A stretch of 63,251 nt of DNA, filler included, from Octopus bimaculoides (GCF_001194135.2; 7 parts of 6 records of this genome joined end to end with filler, not necessarily neighbours in it), one strand, 5' to 3'; positions 12,304 through 24,360 are shown, numbered from the whole stretch's first letter. Translations and numbers: made by a program. Notes: generated by a model not told the origin, from the sequence alone.

Positions 12304-12881
12304 GTAGGAATTCTGCATGCACATGTGTATGTGTGCACACGCACACACACACGTGCACATATGTGAATGCTATTGATGCATGCCTGACCAAATGATTAAG
12401 AATGCTTTGCAATCATGAGATCCAGGGTTCAATCCCACTGTATGTCATCTTGGGTGTGTGTCTTTTCTCATAACCTCTGATTAATGCAAGCTTTATGAGG
12501 GAAACTGTGGAGGGAGAAACTGTTGAAGCATATTGTGTGAATTGTACTCATAATTCAAAGGATTGGTTTTGTCACACAATGTATCTTGCTGCTTCTGTTT
12601 GAGGATTAAGTTAAAGGTTGAAGTGTCTGTGGGATATTCAGCCACTTCACATGCTGATTCAATGAGTTAAGCAGTCAAGCTGCTTGAACAACTGGAATAC
12701 TTCATTGCTGATAACAATGAGAAGTATTTGTTTATTTTTCTCATGCTAAGATTAATACTTGTAGCAGTTGGTGAGTAATGCCTGCATATATCATCATCAA
12801 CGTTTTGATGTCTACTCTTATCACTTTTATCACATAAAGTCAAGGCAAGGAGACAATAACACACACACACACACACACATG

Positions 12882-13100
12882 CATCATCATCATCGTCATC
12901 ATTTAATATCCGTTGTCCATGCTGGCATGGGTTGGACAATTTGATCAGAGCTGGCAAGCTGGGGAGCTGCACCAAATTCCTGTCTGATTTGGCATGGTTT
13001 CTGTGGACGGATGCCCTTCCTAAGCCAACCACTTTGCAGAGCATGCTGGGCACTTTTATGTGGCACCGCATGGGCACTTTTACATGGTGCCACCACAAGT
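12882..13100 (-). mobile_element. RTE 3'-tail element
   Basis: (CAT)n followed by the reverse complement of ggaagggcatcc...acccatgccagcatgga. Confidence 0.8.
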
Positions 13101-14479
13101 GTTTTATATCACCAGAGGGACCAGTTTTAACACTTCTGCTGCGAAGTATGGGTATTCTTGAGTAGACCAGGCATCTCGGACTTTTGTCATCTCACCAGCA
13201 GTGCACTTTAGTGTTTATACACCCCACCCCTTTGTTTTGACAATATGTGACAGTCATACAAGCAGTGTCATTCATTAATAGCATTCTGCAAAAAAATGTC
13301 TGCCTGTGGGGAGGTATTATTTGCTTGCAAGCAGGCAAGGGTTGGGTAAAAGGAAGGCTGTCTGACCATAGAAAATTTGCTTCCATAAACTCTATCTGAC
13401 CCATGCAAGCGTAGAGAAGTGGATGTCCTAGTTCAGTGTTGCTTTCTGCTTCTGCAACCTGAAAGCTTAGAGAATCTGTTTTTTATTTAATTGCTTTGTG
13501 TTAGAGTAAGCTGGTAGGTGGTTTAGGTTTATAAAAGCATTCTATTTGGAACAGATTTTTTTTAATTGCTGGTTGTCCTTCCTGCTTGCTGCTAGCTATT
13601 CAACTCTGATGTAGTGGTGGGACAAGCAGAGTTATGTACCCTGCCTTAAGGCTTTGGCGTACAATATATTAACACTAGAATCGTTTTGACCACTAAGCTC
13701 TCTAACATTTTTATCCCACACCCATTATTACCACATTTGAGTGTGTGTGTATGTTTGTATCCCCTTGTCTTGACATCACGTGAGTGTTGTAAAAAAGTGT
13801 CACTGTCATATAAGAAATATTATTTCCAATATTCTGGAAGAACATGTCTGGCCATGAGAGAAATATTATCTAGCTTGGAAACAGGTGAGGGTTGGCAACA
13901 GGAAGGGCGTCTGACCAGAAAATCTACATGGAAATCTTACCTAACTTGGAAACAAGTAAGGGCACCTGGCTATGAAAGTCTGTATGGAAAAGTCTGTATG
14001 TTGTTATGTCACTGCTGCTGCTGCCAACCACTGTTTAGGATGAAGAAATATAAAAGAAGACATCATTAGATTAGTCTGGTGGAAAAGGCTGTGCTCATGG
14101 CTTTTGCTGGCTCTCAAAGATTGGTGTGGTTGCTGTTCAGTTTTGGGCCTAGAGGGGTGGACACAATATCAGTAATGAAAGGAGGAGTGACAAATAAGTT
14201 GGAAATGTCTGAGTGTGTAGGCGTCATGAGTCTGACAAATCCTGGGGAGCAAGTGCCACTGTAGTTATGGCATAAAAAAATAATGGAATGAGAAGCCAGA
14301 GATTGAAGTGTGTTGATGAGTGACTTCATACAAACCAAGTTATGTAATTTTTCCTTTAATGCAGTGTAGGATGTTTGTATGTGTAGTAACAACCATTGCA
14401 GATGTTGAGTTATATTCTGTAGTGGATCTTACCTGAGTTTTGTAGAGGGTTAGTAACTGTTAAGATCTGAAATATTTCC

Positions 14480-14845
14480 TGCCCAGTTTTTGTGATACAG
14501 ACTTGGCTAAGATGAAGAGCATGAAGATCTGTTGAGCATCAAACAATGCCTTGTGTTATTTAGTTACATTCTGGCTTTAAAATAATGATGAACCTATTGT
14601 ATACAGTTCCCAGGTGCACTACAACTCATAGAAAAAGTAGCCAAAACTGCTTGAACAGTACATAGAATATGCACAGGTAGTGAACAGTGAATAAGTCATT
14701 AAAAAAAAAACAAGGTTAGGGGGCATCAGGTGTACTGTTGGTGTATTTTAGGAAGTATGGAAGTTTTGAAGGATGTAGTGTCTTGACGGCTAAGAGCTGA
14801 TGCTGGTAGTTTATTCCATGCTTCAGCAATTCCTGCTAGGTAAAA
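14480..14845 (-). mobile_element. CR1/L2-type LINE 3' end
   Basis: Minus frame IAEAWNKLPASALSRQDTTSFKTS matches the WNKLP..V...S...FK C-terminal motif of CR1/L2 elements. Confidence 0.65.
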
Positions 14846-15512
14846 TAATTAACCAAACAATAGTTGTTGTGTTTCAATTAAATTAACTGAACTTTCCTAC
14901 AAAATTTGCGATCTTATGGTTATGTTGGAAATCATTATTGTCAGTTATTATAATTGTTATGGTAGCTAACTGGTGGAATCATTAAAGCACCAGAAAAATA
15001 AGTTCAAATTTGCTTTTTGTCCTTTTGGAGTTGATAAAATGGAATATCAGTTAAATATTGGGGTTAATGTAATTGACTAATCTCCTTCCTCAAAATTGCT
15101 GGGTTTGCACCCAAATCAGAGACCACTGTTATTAATATTATTATATTAGGGCAGTGGAATGATAGAAGCATTAGAGTGTAGGACAAAGTATCTTGCAGTA
15201 TTTCTTCCAGCACTTTACATTCCTAGTTCAAATCCTGCTGAGGTCGATAAAATAGCGTACCAGTCAAGTCTTGGGCTTGCCTCCTTCCAAATTTGCTTTT
15301 CATACTTCCTGGGTTGATGAAATAACATACCAGTCAAATCTTGGAGTTGAAATAATTCACTATTCTCCACCATCACCCTCACAGATTTCAGGCCTTGTGC
15401 CTATGTTAAATACATTATTGTTGTTATAAGTTCTGTATTGGTCAAAGCAGCATATTAATATCACAAAAATCTAGCAACAACATGTCTCCTTAACACTTTG
15501 GAAGTTATCCAG

Positions 15513-15905
15513 TTGTGGCTGTGTGGTTAAGTAGCTTGGTTCCTAACTATGAGGTCTTGGGTTCAGTCTCACTGCATGGCACCTTGGGCAAGTGTCTTCT
15601 TCTATACCTCTGGTCCAATCAAAGTATTGTGAGTGGATTTGGTGGACAGAAACTAAGGGAGACCTGCCATATATGTGTATGCTCTAGTCTAGACATCACA
15701 TGATGGTTGTAAATGAGCTTCATTGTCATACAAGCGAGGTTGTTTCCTGTCTTTTGTGGAAAACATGTTTAACTATGGGAAATATTACCTTGCTTGGAAA
15801 CAGGTGAGGGTTGGTGACAGGATGGGTACCAGGCTGTTGAAAAGCTACCTTGATAAATTCTGTTGGCTCCATGCAAGCATGGAAAAGCAGATGTTAAATG
15901 ACTTG
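15513..15905 (+). mobile_element. SINE family A head with RTE-like tail (composite SINE)
   Basis: gtggctgtgtggttaagtagcttg head; ttggaaacaggtgagggttgg...catgcaagcatggaaaag tail; similar to 13730-13960. Confidence 0.7.
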
Positions 15906-16043
15906 CCAGTTTCTTAAACTCCTATTTTGCTGCTGTTTCCTCTGTTCCTGGGATAACTTTCATTTGCATATCTCAAACTTTTCTTAGTTCTCTGAACATA
16001 TTCTTTATTATTGCTGTTGTTACCATTTCTCCTTTTCCTCTAG

Positions 16044-16128
16044 ATCTGAAACCAATACCTGGAAAGACCCTTCTTTTAAACCCCCAACCCCAGTCAGCTC
16101 AAGAGTCTGTACCACACCAGCAAAGGAG
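16044..16128 (+). CDS. RB1: RB extra exon (SETNTWKDPSFKPPTPVSSRVCTTPAKE)
   Basis: Long pyrimidine tract plus TAG acceptor, GTATGT donor; 85 nt, phase 2/0; keeps frame; has TP sites including TPAK. Confidence 0.78.
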
Positions 16129-16266
16129 GTATGTATGGCATAGAGAGATTGTTAACTGTTAAAATAATCATATTTTTTCTTATATTTAATACTAATTATA
16201 TATTTTAATGATGAGTCTATAATTTTTAATAATAGTATCAACTTTTAATGATAATTACTGTTTCTT

Positions 16267-16492
16267 TTAACCCTTTAGAATTTAGACCAGTCATATGTGG
16301 CCAAAATATTTGACCTATTTTATGTTCAAACCATCCAGATCCAGCCTCTCACATCTGCCCTACAATGTCATTCTAACAATAAACAATCACATCATTGAAA
16401 TCTTGAAGCCACAAGATAATGCATGACTCATTCAAAACAATGTGAATAAATAAGCATTACATTTGACTTTAATCTGAATGCTAAAGTGTTAA
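16267..16492. mobile_element. piggyBac-type MITE
   Basis: TTAA-CCCTTTAG...CTAAAGTG-TTAA termini; paralogous to 23975-24360. Confidence 0.75.
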
Positions 16493-16967
16493 TAATTACA
16501 TTTTGTTTTTAATGATAATTTTGTTTCTGTATTTGGTTTGCAAGCTTCTTAATGTGAAATGTGTTGAAACAGATTTCATTGTAACTTGGAAGGGTCATTT
16601 TGCCAATAACAAACACACACACTAGTTCTGTTTCACTTCTTTTATTAATATTAATCAACTTGTTAACCATTTAATCATTTTATTAATCAATTGACTAATC
16701 ATTCAGTCAATTAATCAATCAGTCAGCTAGATTCATTATAGTCATTTTGTTGCCATTTGTGACCTCATCAATGATATTTTCTCTGTCATAGAGAAGGCAT
16801 GAATGATGAAAGTACACTGATGAACCAAGCTGATGACTGAACTGTTGACTAATAATAATAAGAGAGGTGCATGATTATATTATTGTCTTATTGATAATTA
16901 TTTTGTTCTCCCCTTCAAGAGAAATTCTTAAATGTTGTTAAATTTTTCTTGTATATTGTTTTTAAAG

Positions 16968-17077
16968 TCTGCTGAAAAGAAAGAACAATCATCTCCAATG
17001 TCACGTTATATGTCATCAGCTCTGAAGAAGACACAGCGCTTTCTGCAATTTGATGACATTCAACCTGCTTCTGAAAA
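16968..17077 (+). CDS. RB1: RB extra exon, paralogous to 12161-12303 (SAEKKEQSSPMSRYMSSALKKTQRFLQFDDIQPASE-N)
   Basis: TTTTAAAG acceptor, GTGAGT donor; 110 nt, phase 0/2; open frame; repeats SAEK and LQFD. Confidence 0.8.
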
Positions 17078-17219
17078 GTGAGTTGTACTTACCGATTATT
17101 TTTGAATATGAACTCTGAATATGTAAACATATAGGGAGTTTGCCTCTGTAGTCCATTTATCACCTCTGTGACAGAGAGAGAGAGGGTTTGAGTATCAAGT
17201 AGCATTCTAGATTCCAGTT

Positions 17220-17220
17220 G

Positions 17221-17281
<61 letters not shown>

Positions 17282-17411
17282 TACTTGATTTATTCATGTG
17301 CAATTGGAATAAACCACGCTGGTTTAGTTATGTCCACTTTTGCGATTTTAACTGAATATCATGCTGAAACAGCTTATCAAGCAGACAGTCATGAATAATC
17401 AGGGGTTCTTT
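17220..17411 (-). mobile_element. Short polyadenylated retro-insertion with target-site duplication
   Basis: T56 at 17225-17280; minus-strand AATAAA 8 nt before the poly(A); GGTTCTTT at both 17220 and 17404, the latter followed by AA. Confidence 0.65.
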
Positions 17412-17842
17412 AACTTTGCTGAGGACATGACAACATCCTTGATGCTGGTGCCTTGATAACATGTACCTAGTACATTCTGTAAAGTGCCTATGATAGGAAG
17501 GGCATTCAACCAGAGAAACCTGTCAGAAATGGAATGTGCTAGCGAACCATGGCCCCAATCTGTCTAGGAGAGCATAAATTCCAAATAAGAACTAACTTGG
17601 CCCTTGACAACTCTCATTCACTTTGTGCCACCTTGGTAAAGAAGATGCAAAATGATGATGATGGAATAAGCTTTTATATTTATAACATATAAATATGTTA
17701 TAAATCCCAAGTATTAACACTTTATTTCTAGGCTGAATCTTCATACTTTAATTCTATATTCAGAAATATAAATTTCTAATTTTATGTTGGTGTAAAATTT
17801 TATTGGAATAAATATTGTCCAATTAAAATTCATTCTAGCATA

Positions 17843-17955
17843 AGAAGTAAGAAGTTTGCTTCCCAACCACATAGTTCCAGGTTCAGTCCCTCTTCCTCGG
17901 CCAACCAAACTTTTGTGAGTGGATTTGGTGGATAGAAACTGAAAGAAGTCCATTG

Positions 17956-17990
<35 letters not shown>
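17843..17990 (+). mobile_element. SINE family A, 5' half
   Basis: taagaagtttgcttcccaaccacat...gtgagtggatttgg..gaaactgaaagaag. Confidence 0.8.
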
Positions 17991-18284
17991 ATTTTTTTCT
18001 TTTTCTTTTGAGCCTGGTACTTATTCTATTGGCTTCTTTTTGACAAACTGCTAATAATCCGAATGTTAAAGGGTTTGGGACACTCTTTTGCTCTTCATCA
18101 GTTGTTTTTGTTTAACATGGTAGCTAATTATAAATACTTACCCATCTTATCAAGCAGTGTTAACATTAGAATAAAAGGATGAAAATGAAAATATTAAAAT
18201 GTTCTCCCCTGCTGGTAAAAATGTTACTTAAATAGCCATATGGAGCCTGTTCCTTGTCATTAATTCCAAAATAACTATTTTCAG

Positions 18285-18375
18285 TGAAGTTAACAACTCG
18301 GCTGATAGTCGACCTGGGTCTTTGGCAGTGGACAGTTCTCAAAAAGAAAGAAAAGAAAACACAATGGAGAAATGA
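18285..18375 (+). CDS. RB1: RB terminal coding exon (EVNNSADSRPGSLAVDSSQKERKENTMEK*)
   Basis: TTTTCAG acceptor in phase 2 continues the frame to TGA at 18373-18375; ends in EK like RB1 NKEEK; AATAAA downstream. Confidence 0.78.
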
Positions 18376-18525
18376 TTGTTGCTCTTTAAAGTTTGGTGCT
18401 GTAAACTGACAAATGGATATTTTCAGCTGTAAGTTATTGTTTGTTGGAAATTTTATTGGATAACTGAGATGTGTAGTTGTAATTTAGTGCCTTGATAGGT
18501 AAGGTTATTTTTGCTTTGGTTTAGA

Positions 18526-18531
18526 AATAAA
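18526..18531 (+). promoter_or_regulatory. Candidate polyadenylation signal of RB
   Basis: AATAAA about 150 nt after the stop codon; a second AATAAA at 18701. Confidence 0.4.
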
Positions 18532-19049
18532 GTTTCCTACTTTGAATCTAGTCTAGGACGATGTATATATCTAGGAATAAGATACTTGTTGATGATTGAA
18601 ATTAACCTGATTGAAATATAATGGATATCAATATTGTATATATACATTTCAGATATGATTTAATTTGTAGGGATATAGAAATATGGAAAAAGAAATACTT
18701 AATAAAAAACAGAAAACTGGAACAGAGTTGTGCTTACGTGTTTGAAAGTGTTCCCCTCACAAAGGATTACAAAAAAGTTTAGTTCCACGCACAAAATTAT
18801 AGAATCTGGAAGATTATATAAGATCTAACAACACGTACTAGTGAGTGAAATGGAAAAACTCCAATGAGAATTAATGAAAGTGCAGTAACTTCAATTTTCA
18901 ATACCTACAAAATACCAAAATATATTTATCGGACGAGATGACAAAGGACCGAGATACCTGGTGCCTTGCTGTACTTAAGATCCATTCCCCATAGCAGAAG
19001 CATGAAGTCTACTCCCACTAGTGAAGAGGATTGGCCTACAAGAGTCTTG

Positions 19050-19283
19050 TGCCAGTGCCACATGAAAAAACATTAATGTCAGTACCATGTAAAACTGCTC
19101 AAGCTGGTGCCATGTTAAAAGCACCTAGCACACTGCAAAGTGGCTGGCATTAGGAAGGGCATCTAGCTGTAGAAACCAAGCCAAATCAGACTGGAGTCTG
19201 GTGAAGCTCTCTGCCTTGCTAACTCTGGTCAAACTGTCCAACCCATGCCAGTGTAGGAAACGGACATTAAAGGATGATGATGT
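19050..19283 (+). mobile_element. RTE 3'-tail element
   Basis: ggcattaggaagggcatc...acccatgcc...ggacattaaaggatgatga. Confidence 0.8.
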
Positions 19284-19339
19284 TTAAAACCGTATTCATA
19301 AGATGGAATAAATCATGAGATATATATATTCTGATTTCT

Positions 19340-20616
19340 CTTTAACATGGTAGTAACTCTAGTAGGTAGTAACTCTATAAGATGTACCCGGTGCAAGCTA
19401 TGGACACATAAGAGGTGCAGCAACATCAAAGGCAGGTTAACTAGCAAGTTAGTTTTTGTTTGTGGCAGATGTTCAGGTGCAATAAAGACTGCAAACAAAC
19501 AGGAAACAACTTCTATCTCATTCCAGGGTGAAAAACTAGAGGTAGTCGATAGCTTCCGCTATCTGGGCGACCAAGTTAGTAGTGGGGGTGGGTGCGCTGA
19601 AAGTGTAGCTGCTAGAATAAGAATAGCCTGGGCAAAGTTTAGAGAGCTCTTACCCCTGCTGGCGACAAAGGGACTCTCACTCAGAGTAAAAGGCAGACTG
19701 TATGACGCATGCGTACGNNNNNNNNNNNNNNNNNNNNNNNNNNNNNNNNNNNNNNNNNNNNNNNNNNNNNNNNNNNNNNNNNNNNNNNNNNNNNNNNNNN
19801 NNNNNNNNNNNNNNNNNNNNNNNNNNNNNNNNNNNNNNNNNNNNNNNNNNNNNNNNNNNNNNNNNNNNNNNNNNNNNNNNNNNNNNNNNNNNNNNNNNNN
19901 NNNNNNNNNNNNNNNNNNNNNNNNNNNNNNNNNNNNNNNNNNNNNNNNNNNNNNNNNNNNNNNNNNNNNNNNNNNNNNNNNNNNNNNNNNNNNNNNNNNN
20001 NNNNNNNNNNNNNNNNNNNNNNNNNNNNNNNNNNNNNNNNNNNNNNNNNNNNNNNNNNNNNNNNNNNNNNNNNNNNNNNNNNNNNNNNNNNNNNNNNNNN
20101 NNNNNNNNNNNNNNNNNNNNNNNNNNNNNNNNNNNNNNNNNNNNNNNNNNNNNNNNNNNNNNNNNNNNNNNNNNNNNNNNNNNNNNNNNNNNNNNNNNNN
20201 NNNNNNNNNNNNNNNNNNNNNNNNNNNNNNNNNNNNNNNNNNNNNNNNNNNNNNNNNNNNNNNNNNNNNNNNNNNNNNNNNNNNNNNNNNNNNNNNNNNN
20301 NNNNNNNNNNNNNNNNNNNNNNNNNNNNNNNNNNNNNNNNNNNNNNNNNNNNNNNNNNNNNNNNNNNNNNNNNNNNNNNNNNNNNNNNNNNGGCACATAA
20401 AAGACACCATTTCGAGCGTGGCCGTTTTCGTGCGGGTGACACGTAAAAGCACCCACTACACTCTCTGAGTGGTTGGCGTTAGGAAGGGCATCCAGCTGTA
20501 GAAACTCTGCCAAATCAGACTGGAGCCTGGTGTTGCCATCCGGTTTCACCAGTCCTCAGTCAAATCGTCCAACCCATGCTAGCATGGAAAGCGGACGTTA
20601 AACGATGATGATGATG
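19340..20616 (+). mobile_element. 5'-truncated RTE-clade LINE (C-terminal ORF and 3' UTR, gap inside)
   Basis: SIRCTRCKLWTHKRCS...FVCGRC...LEVVDSFRYLGD...RIRIAWAKFRELLPLL...KGRLYDACV, ending in a (GAT)n tail. Confidence 0.9.
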
Positions 20617-21197
20617 GTGTAGTTATTCAACATTGAAGTTACTGCACTTTCAGTAATTCTCATTGGAGTTGTTCCAATTTGCTCACTAGTATGTGTTGTC
20701 AGATCTTCCATAATCTTTCAGATGCTATAATTTTGTTGTTGTTGGGGTGGGGCTAAATTTTTCTGTAATCCTTCGTCAAAAACGGGCCTGTTCTTTACTA
20801 TTTTGAGATTGCTAGAAATAAATGATAGAGAACTGAATGAAAGGAGAAAGAAAGAAAAATTTCTATTTTACTTTATTGAATTTAATAGATTTGTATGTCA
20901 GTATAATCCAGCTTATAATATTCTATCTTTAATTGCAGCTCCTGTTATAAAACTTGAAGTATTTTGTGACCATCGATGCTGCTTACTTCTGTAAACTATC
21001 TTCCATTTGGTAAACCAGGCCGTTTTAGCAGCAAACTTTAATTCTATCTCTTAGAAGCCCTCTTCTGCTTTTTCAGTTTCCAATAGCCTAGTGACATTTC
21101 TCTGTTGTGCTCTTGTTAACATTCCAGCATAAACTTGCTATTTTTTCTGCTAACTCTGTTCTGAGTGGATTACTCTTTGAACGCTGCTGGAGAATAT
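20617..21197 (-). pseudogene. Decayed coding relic of unknown family (possible spliced pseudogene or Gypsy/Ginger pol remnant)
   Basis: Acceptors at 21198 and 20812 and a GTAAGC donor at 20986 join in one frame with 4 stops; the stop in the distal part is a sense codon in the inverted copy at 18759-18909. Confidence 0.4.
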
Positions 21198-23974
21198 CTG
21201 AACAGAAAAAAATCTATTAAGCAAATCTTATTTGATTGAATCAAGCAAACAGAAGCAAAGCATCACTTGATATAAACTCTAATACGTTGAATGGTTTGGA
21301 AATGACAAATTTTAGAATATATCACACTTGCCACAAATTCAATTTGTTGAAACAATGTTAAAACTGATAATTTATTTTAGATGACAATGAAATGATAATA
21401 TTATTATTATTAATAATAATAATAATGATGATGATGATGATGCTGATAGCTGTAGTGTGATCATTATTGTGAACATGGTTAGAGATGAATTCAGAAACTA
21501 AATGGTGCTTTTGAAATTGAAAAATTGATTGAAAATTTTAATTATTATTTTAAATATATAATTAACAATTTTAAATGTGGACAACAAGTTAAAATGAGTT
21601 GAGAGGAAATGTGTCTTATATATGTGATTTTTTTTTTTTGGATGTGTAACAGTTGTTTTAAAAAAAACTTAGCTGCCCTTTGTTACGATGTCAGTTTTCT
21701 AACACCAATTTAGTTATGAAGAAAGTTAAAAATTCACTTCATTAAAATGACATTCACAAAGCTTCTGTATTATTTATTGCAAAATTCTGTATATGTTAGT
21801 GAGGAAGATCTGGACTCCAGAATAAATTTTCTTTTAATATATTATATTTAAGTATATTAAATGTCTAAATATCTGTTTCATTTATTGGTGTTTCTTATTT
21901 TATCTTATGATTATTATTTTTACAGAGTGAAAATAAATAGATATAATGCTCTCTCAAATGTATTATACCAGTACACTTCTCTTTGTTTCAAGTATAAACA
22001 TTTTTACAATGTTCAATCCTAGGTTAACCAACAAGAAACTAAAATTATTGTTTTTTATCTCCAGCTCTCTTACTTTAAATCTTATTTGCTGGTAATATTG
22101 TATTTTGAAAGTAGATGAAGATCAATCAATCAATCATAGTATTTGTCTGAGATTTTACTTTTCTCTTGTGTTAAACATTGTTGAAATATGCCACAGTAAA
22201 TGTTTCCAAACATTTACTTCAATCATGTATATTTTGTTTTCTTTTACTCACTGTTCAGGTGCTGTTCAGCAGAACGCATCAAACGTATTTGCTTCTTATG
22301 TGTAAACTTTATATGATTGTTCAATATTTTCACTAGATGTATACTTTCAATCACATTTTTGTTATCAAAACTAGCCTGTATGTGGCTTTTTAAGCATAGA
22401 CTTCAACACATGGCTAGTAAAGTTAGACTATTATAACATTTCTATTACATTAAATGGTCAAAATACTGATCAGTTAATTGAAAAATGATAATTTAGTCAC
22501 CTTTTAACATTATAAACAGCACAATTGTGATTAAAATTCTGTGTTTCCATGATGAAGTTTCATACAATATCTGATACTTGCTGACTATTAACTCTTTGAT
22601 TGCAAATGAAATTATTTTTATTCTTTGTAAGTTCTCCAGTTATCTTCAGCTGCCATTTACTTATTCTGTTCTATAATTACATATTATATACAAAGTCCTA
22701 AATAATATGTTTTAATTAACTATACCATGTAATTATCATAAAAATGAGTTCAGTCTCATTTTTAGAACTTAGTATATGATATGTAAATACAGTAATATGG
22801 CTCCTTGTTTCTTAGAGTAACAATATTGTAATTGAAGACAACTGGAGAATTCTTCTTATTCTAGTGTTTCTTTTAAAATACACATACAGGAAATTAAATG
22901 AAATTGAAAAATATATAGTTATGAGTCAAAAAGCATCATATATTACATGTGTAATATTTTATTGAAAAAGTGAAATTTGAAAACCGATTTTTTTTATTAG
23001 TGAAAATAGCATTGGTGTTTTCTAACTATACAAGTAATTTTTTATTCTATTATACAGTTGTTAATTTTAACATAATTTTTATTTAATTTTTTTTATACCT
23101 CATTTCTTTTTTCTCTTTTTCTTTTGTTTTTGTACCACTCTGATCATTATGGTGCCTGTAAATGTTTCAAACCTCAGTGCAATCCTTTGACCATATTTTG
23201 AACTTGCAGTATTTTTCTCTCATGCCTCCTGCCACTAGATTCTTCAGCTATCACTACCTCATTAAAATATACAAAACCAACCATGGTAATTCTTGCCTTG
23301 CCATTCTCAAATGTGCCTATTGGCAAACTCTACTTCTAGTAATTGATTTTATCTTCAGCAGGATTTTTAAGTAAAATTTCCTTCCTTTTCCATATTTTTA
23401 ATATTTAGTTTTGATAGTGGCTTGTGTTAAAGTTTTGTCTTTTTATACACATATATTATTTTACTTTATTGTAAAGTTGTTTGTAGTTGTATTCACCTAC
23501 CACATTCCTGCTCCAATTTTTAATATTGATAATTTTTTTTCTATTTACCAAGTTACAACACCATTACTAAATTAGCTAAACCAAAATGTGTTGTTACTGT
23601 GATAGCTAAATGTGTCATTATTAAGTTAGTTAAACTGATTTGTTGCTAAGTTAACTAATTCATGCCAATAAGGTCACAACAACCCTAAGCTGACTTAGTT
23701 TATTGTACTTTACCAGTTGACGAGATTGAACCATGCTGGCATGGTTTTACAGCAAACTCTCTCTACACCATACTTAAGTAAGTAAAATACCAAACTGATT
23801 TACATTGATTTCCTATTCTTTTTTGTTTATGTTCTTGAATAAAAGTAGTTTATATTCCCCCGATAGATATGATTGCTAGCTTATTATCCAGGGAACCATA
23901 TCCTGTTGAAGTTTTTGTCAGATGGTAAAGGATTTAATTAACACTCCAACATATTACTTCCTGAATAACTGGGT

Positions 23975-24165
23975 TTAACCCTTTGACATTTAAACTGGCC
24001 AAATCAGGCCAAAATATTTTACCTGTTTTGCGATCAAATTGACATTAGGAAGGGCATCCAGCCATAGAAACCATGCCAAAACAGACCGGGAGCCTGAAAA
24101 GCCCTTCAGCTGGTCAGCTTCTGTCAAACCGTCCAACTCATGCCAGTATGGCAAACGGACATTAA

Positions 24166-24199
<34 letters not shown>

Positions 24200-24360
24200 C
24201 CAGATCCAAACTCTCACACCTACCCTACAATGGTACTCTAAAAGTAAACAATCACATCATTGAAGTCTCAAAGTTATGAGATAATGTATGATTAAGTTGA
24301 AACAGTGTGAATGCATAAGCATTACATTATGATAGAATAATCTGAATGCTAAAGGGTTAA
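23975..24360. mobile_element. piggyBac-type MITE with nested RTE-tail insertion (about 24040-24200)
   Basis: TTAACCCTTT...AAAGGGTTAA termini; body matches 16267-16492. Confidence 0.8.

Noticed and set aside
21926-21940. Possible alternative terminal RB exon (tttttacag AGT GAA AAT AAA TAG, SENK*)
   Set aside because: Too short to distinguish from chance, and the phase does not match the 17077 donor; a better terminal exon exists at 18285.
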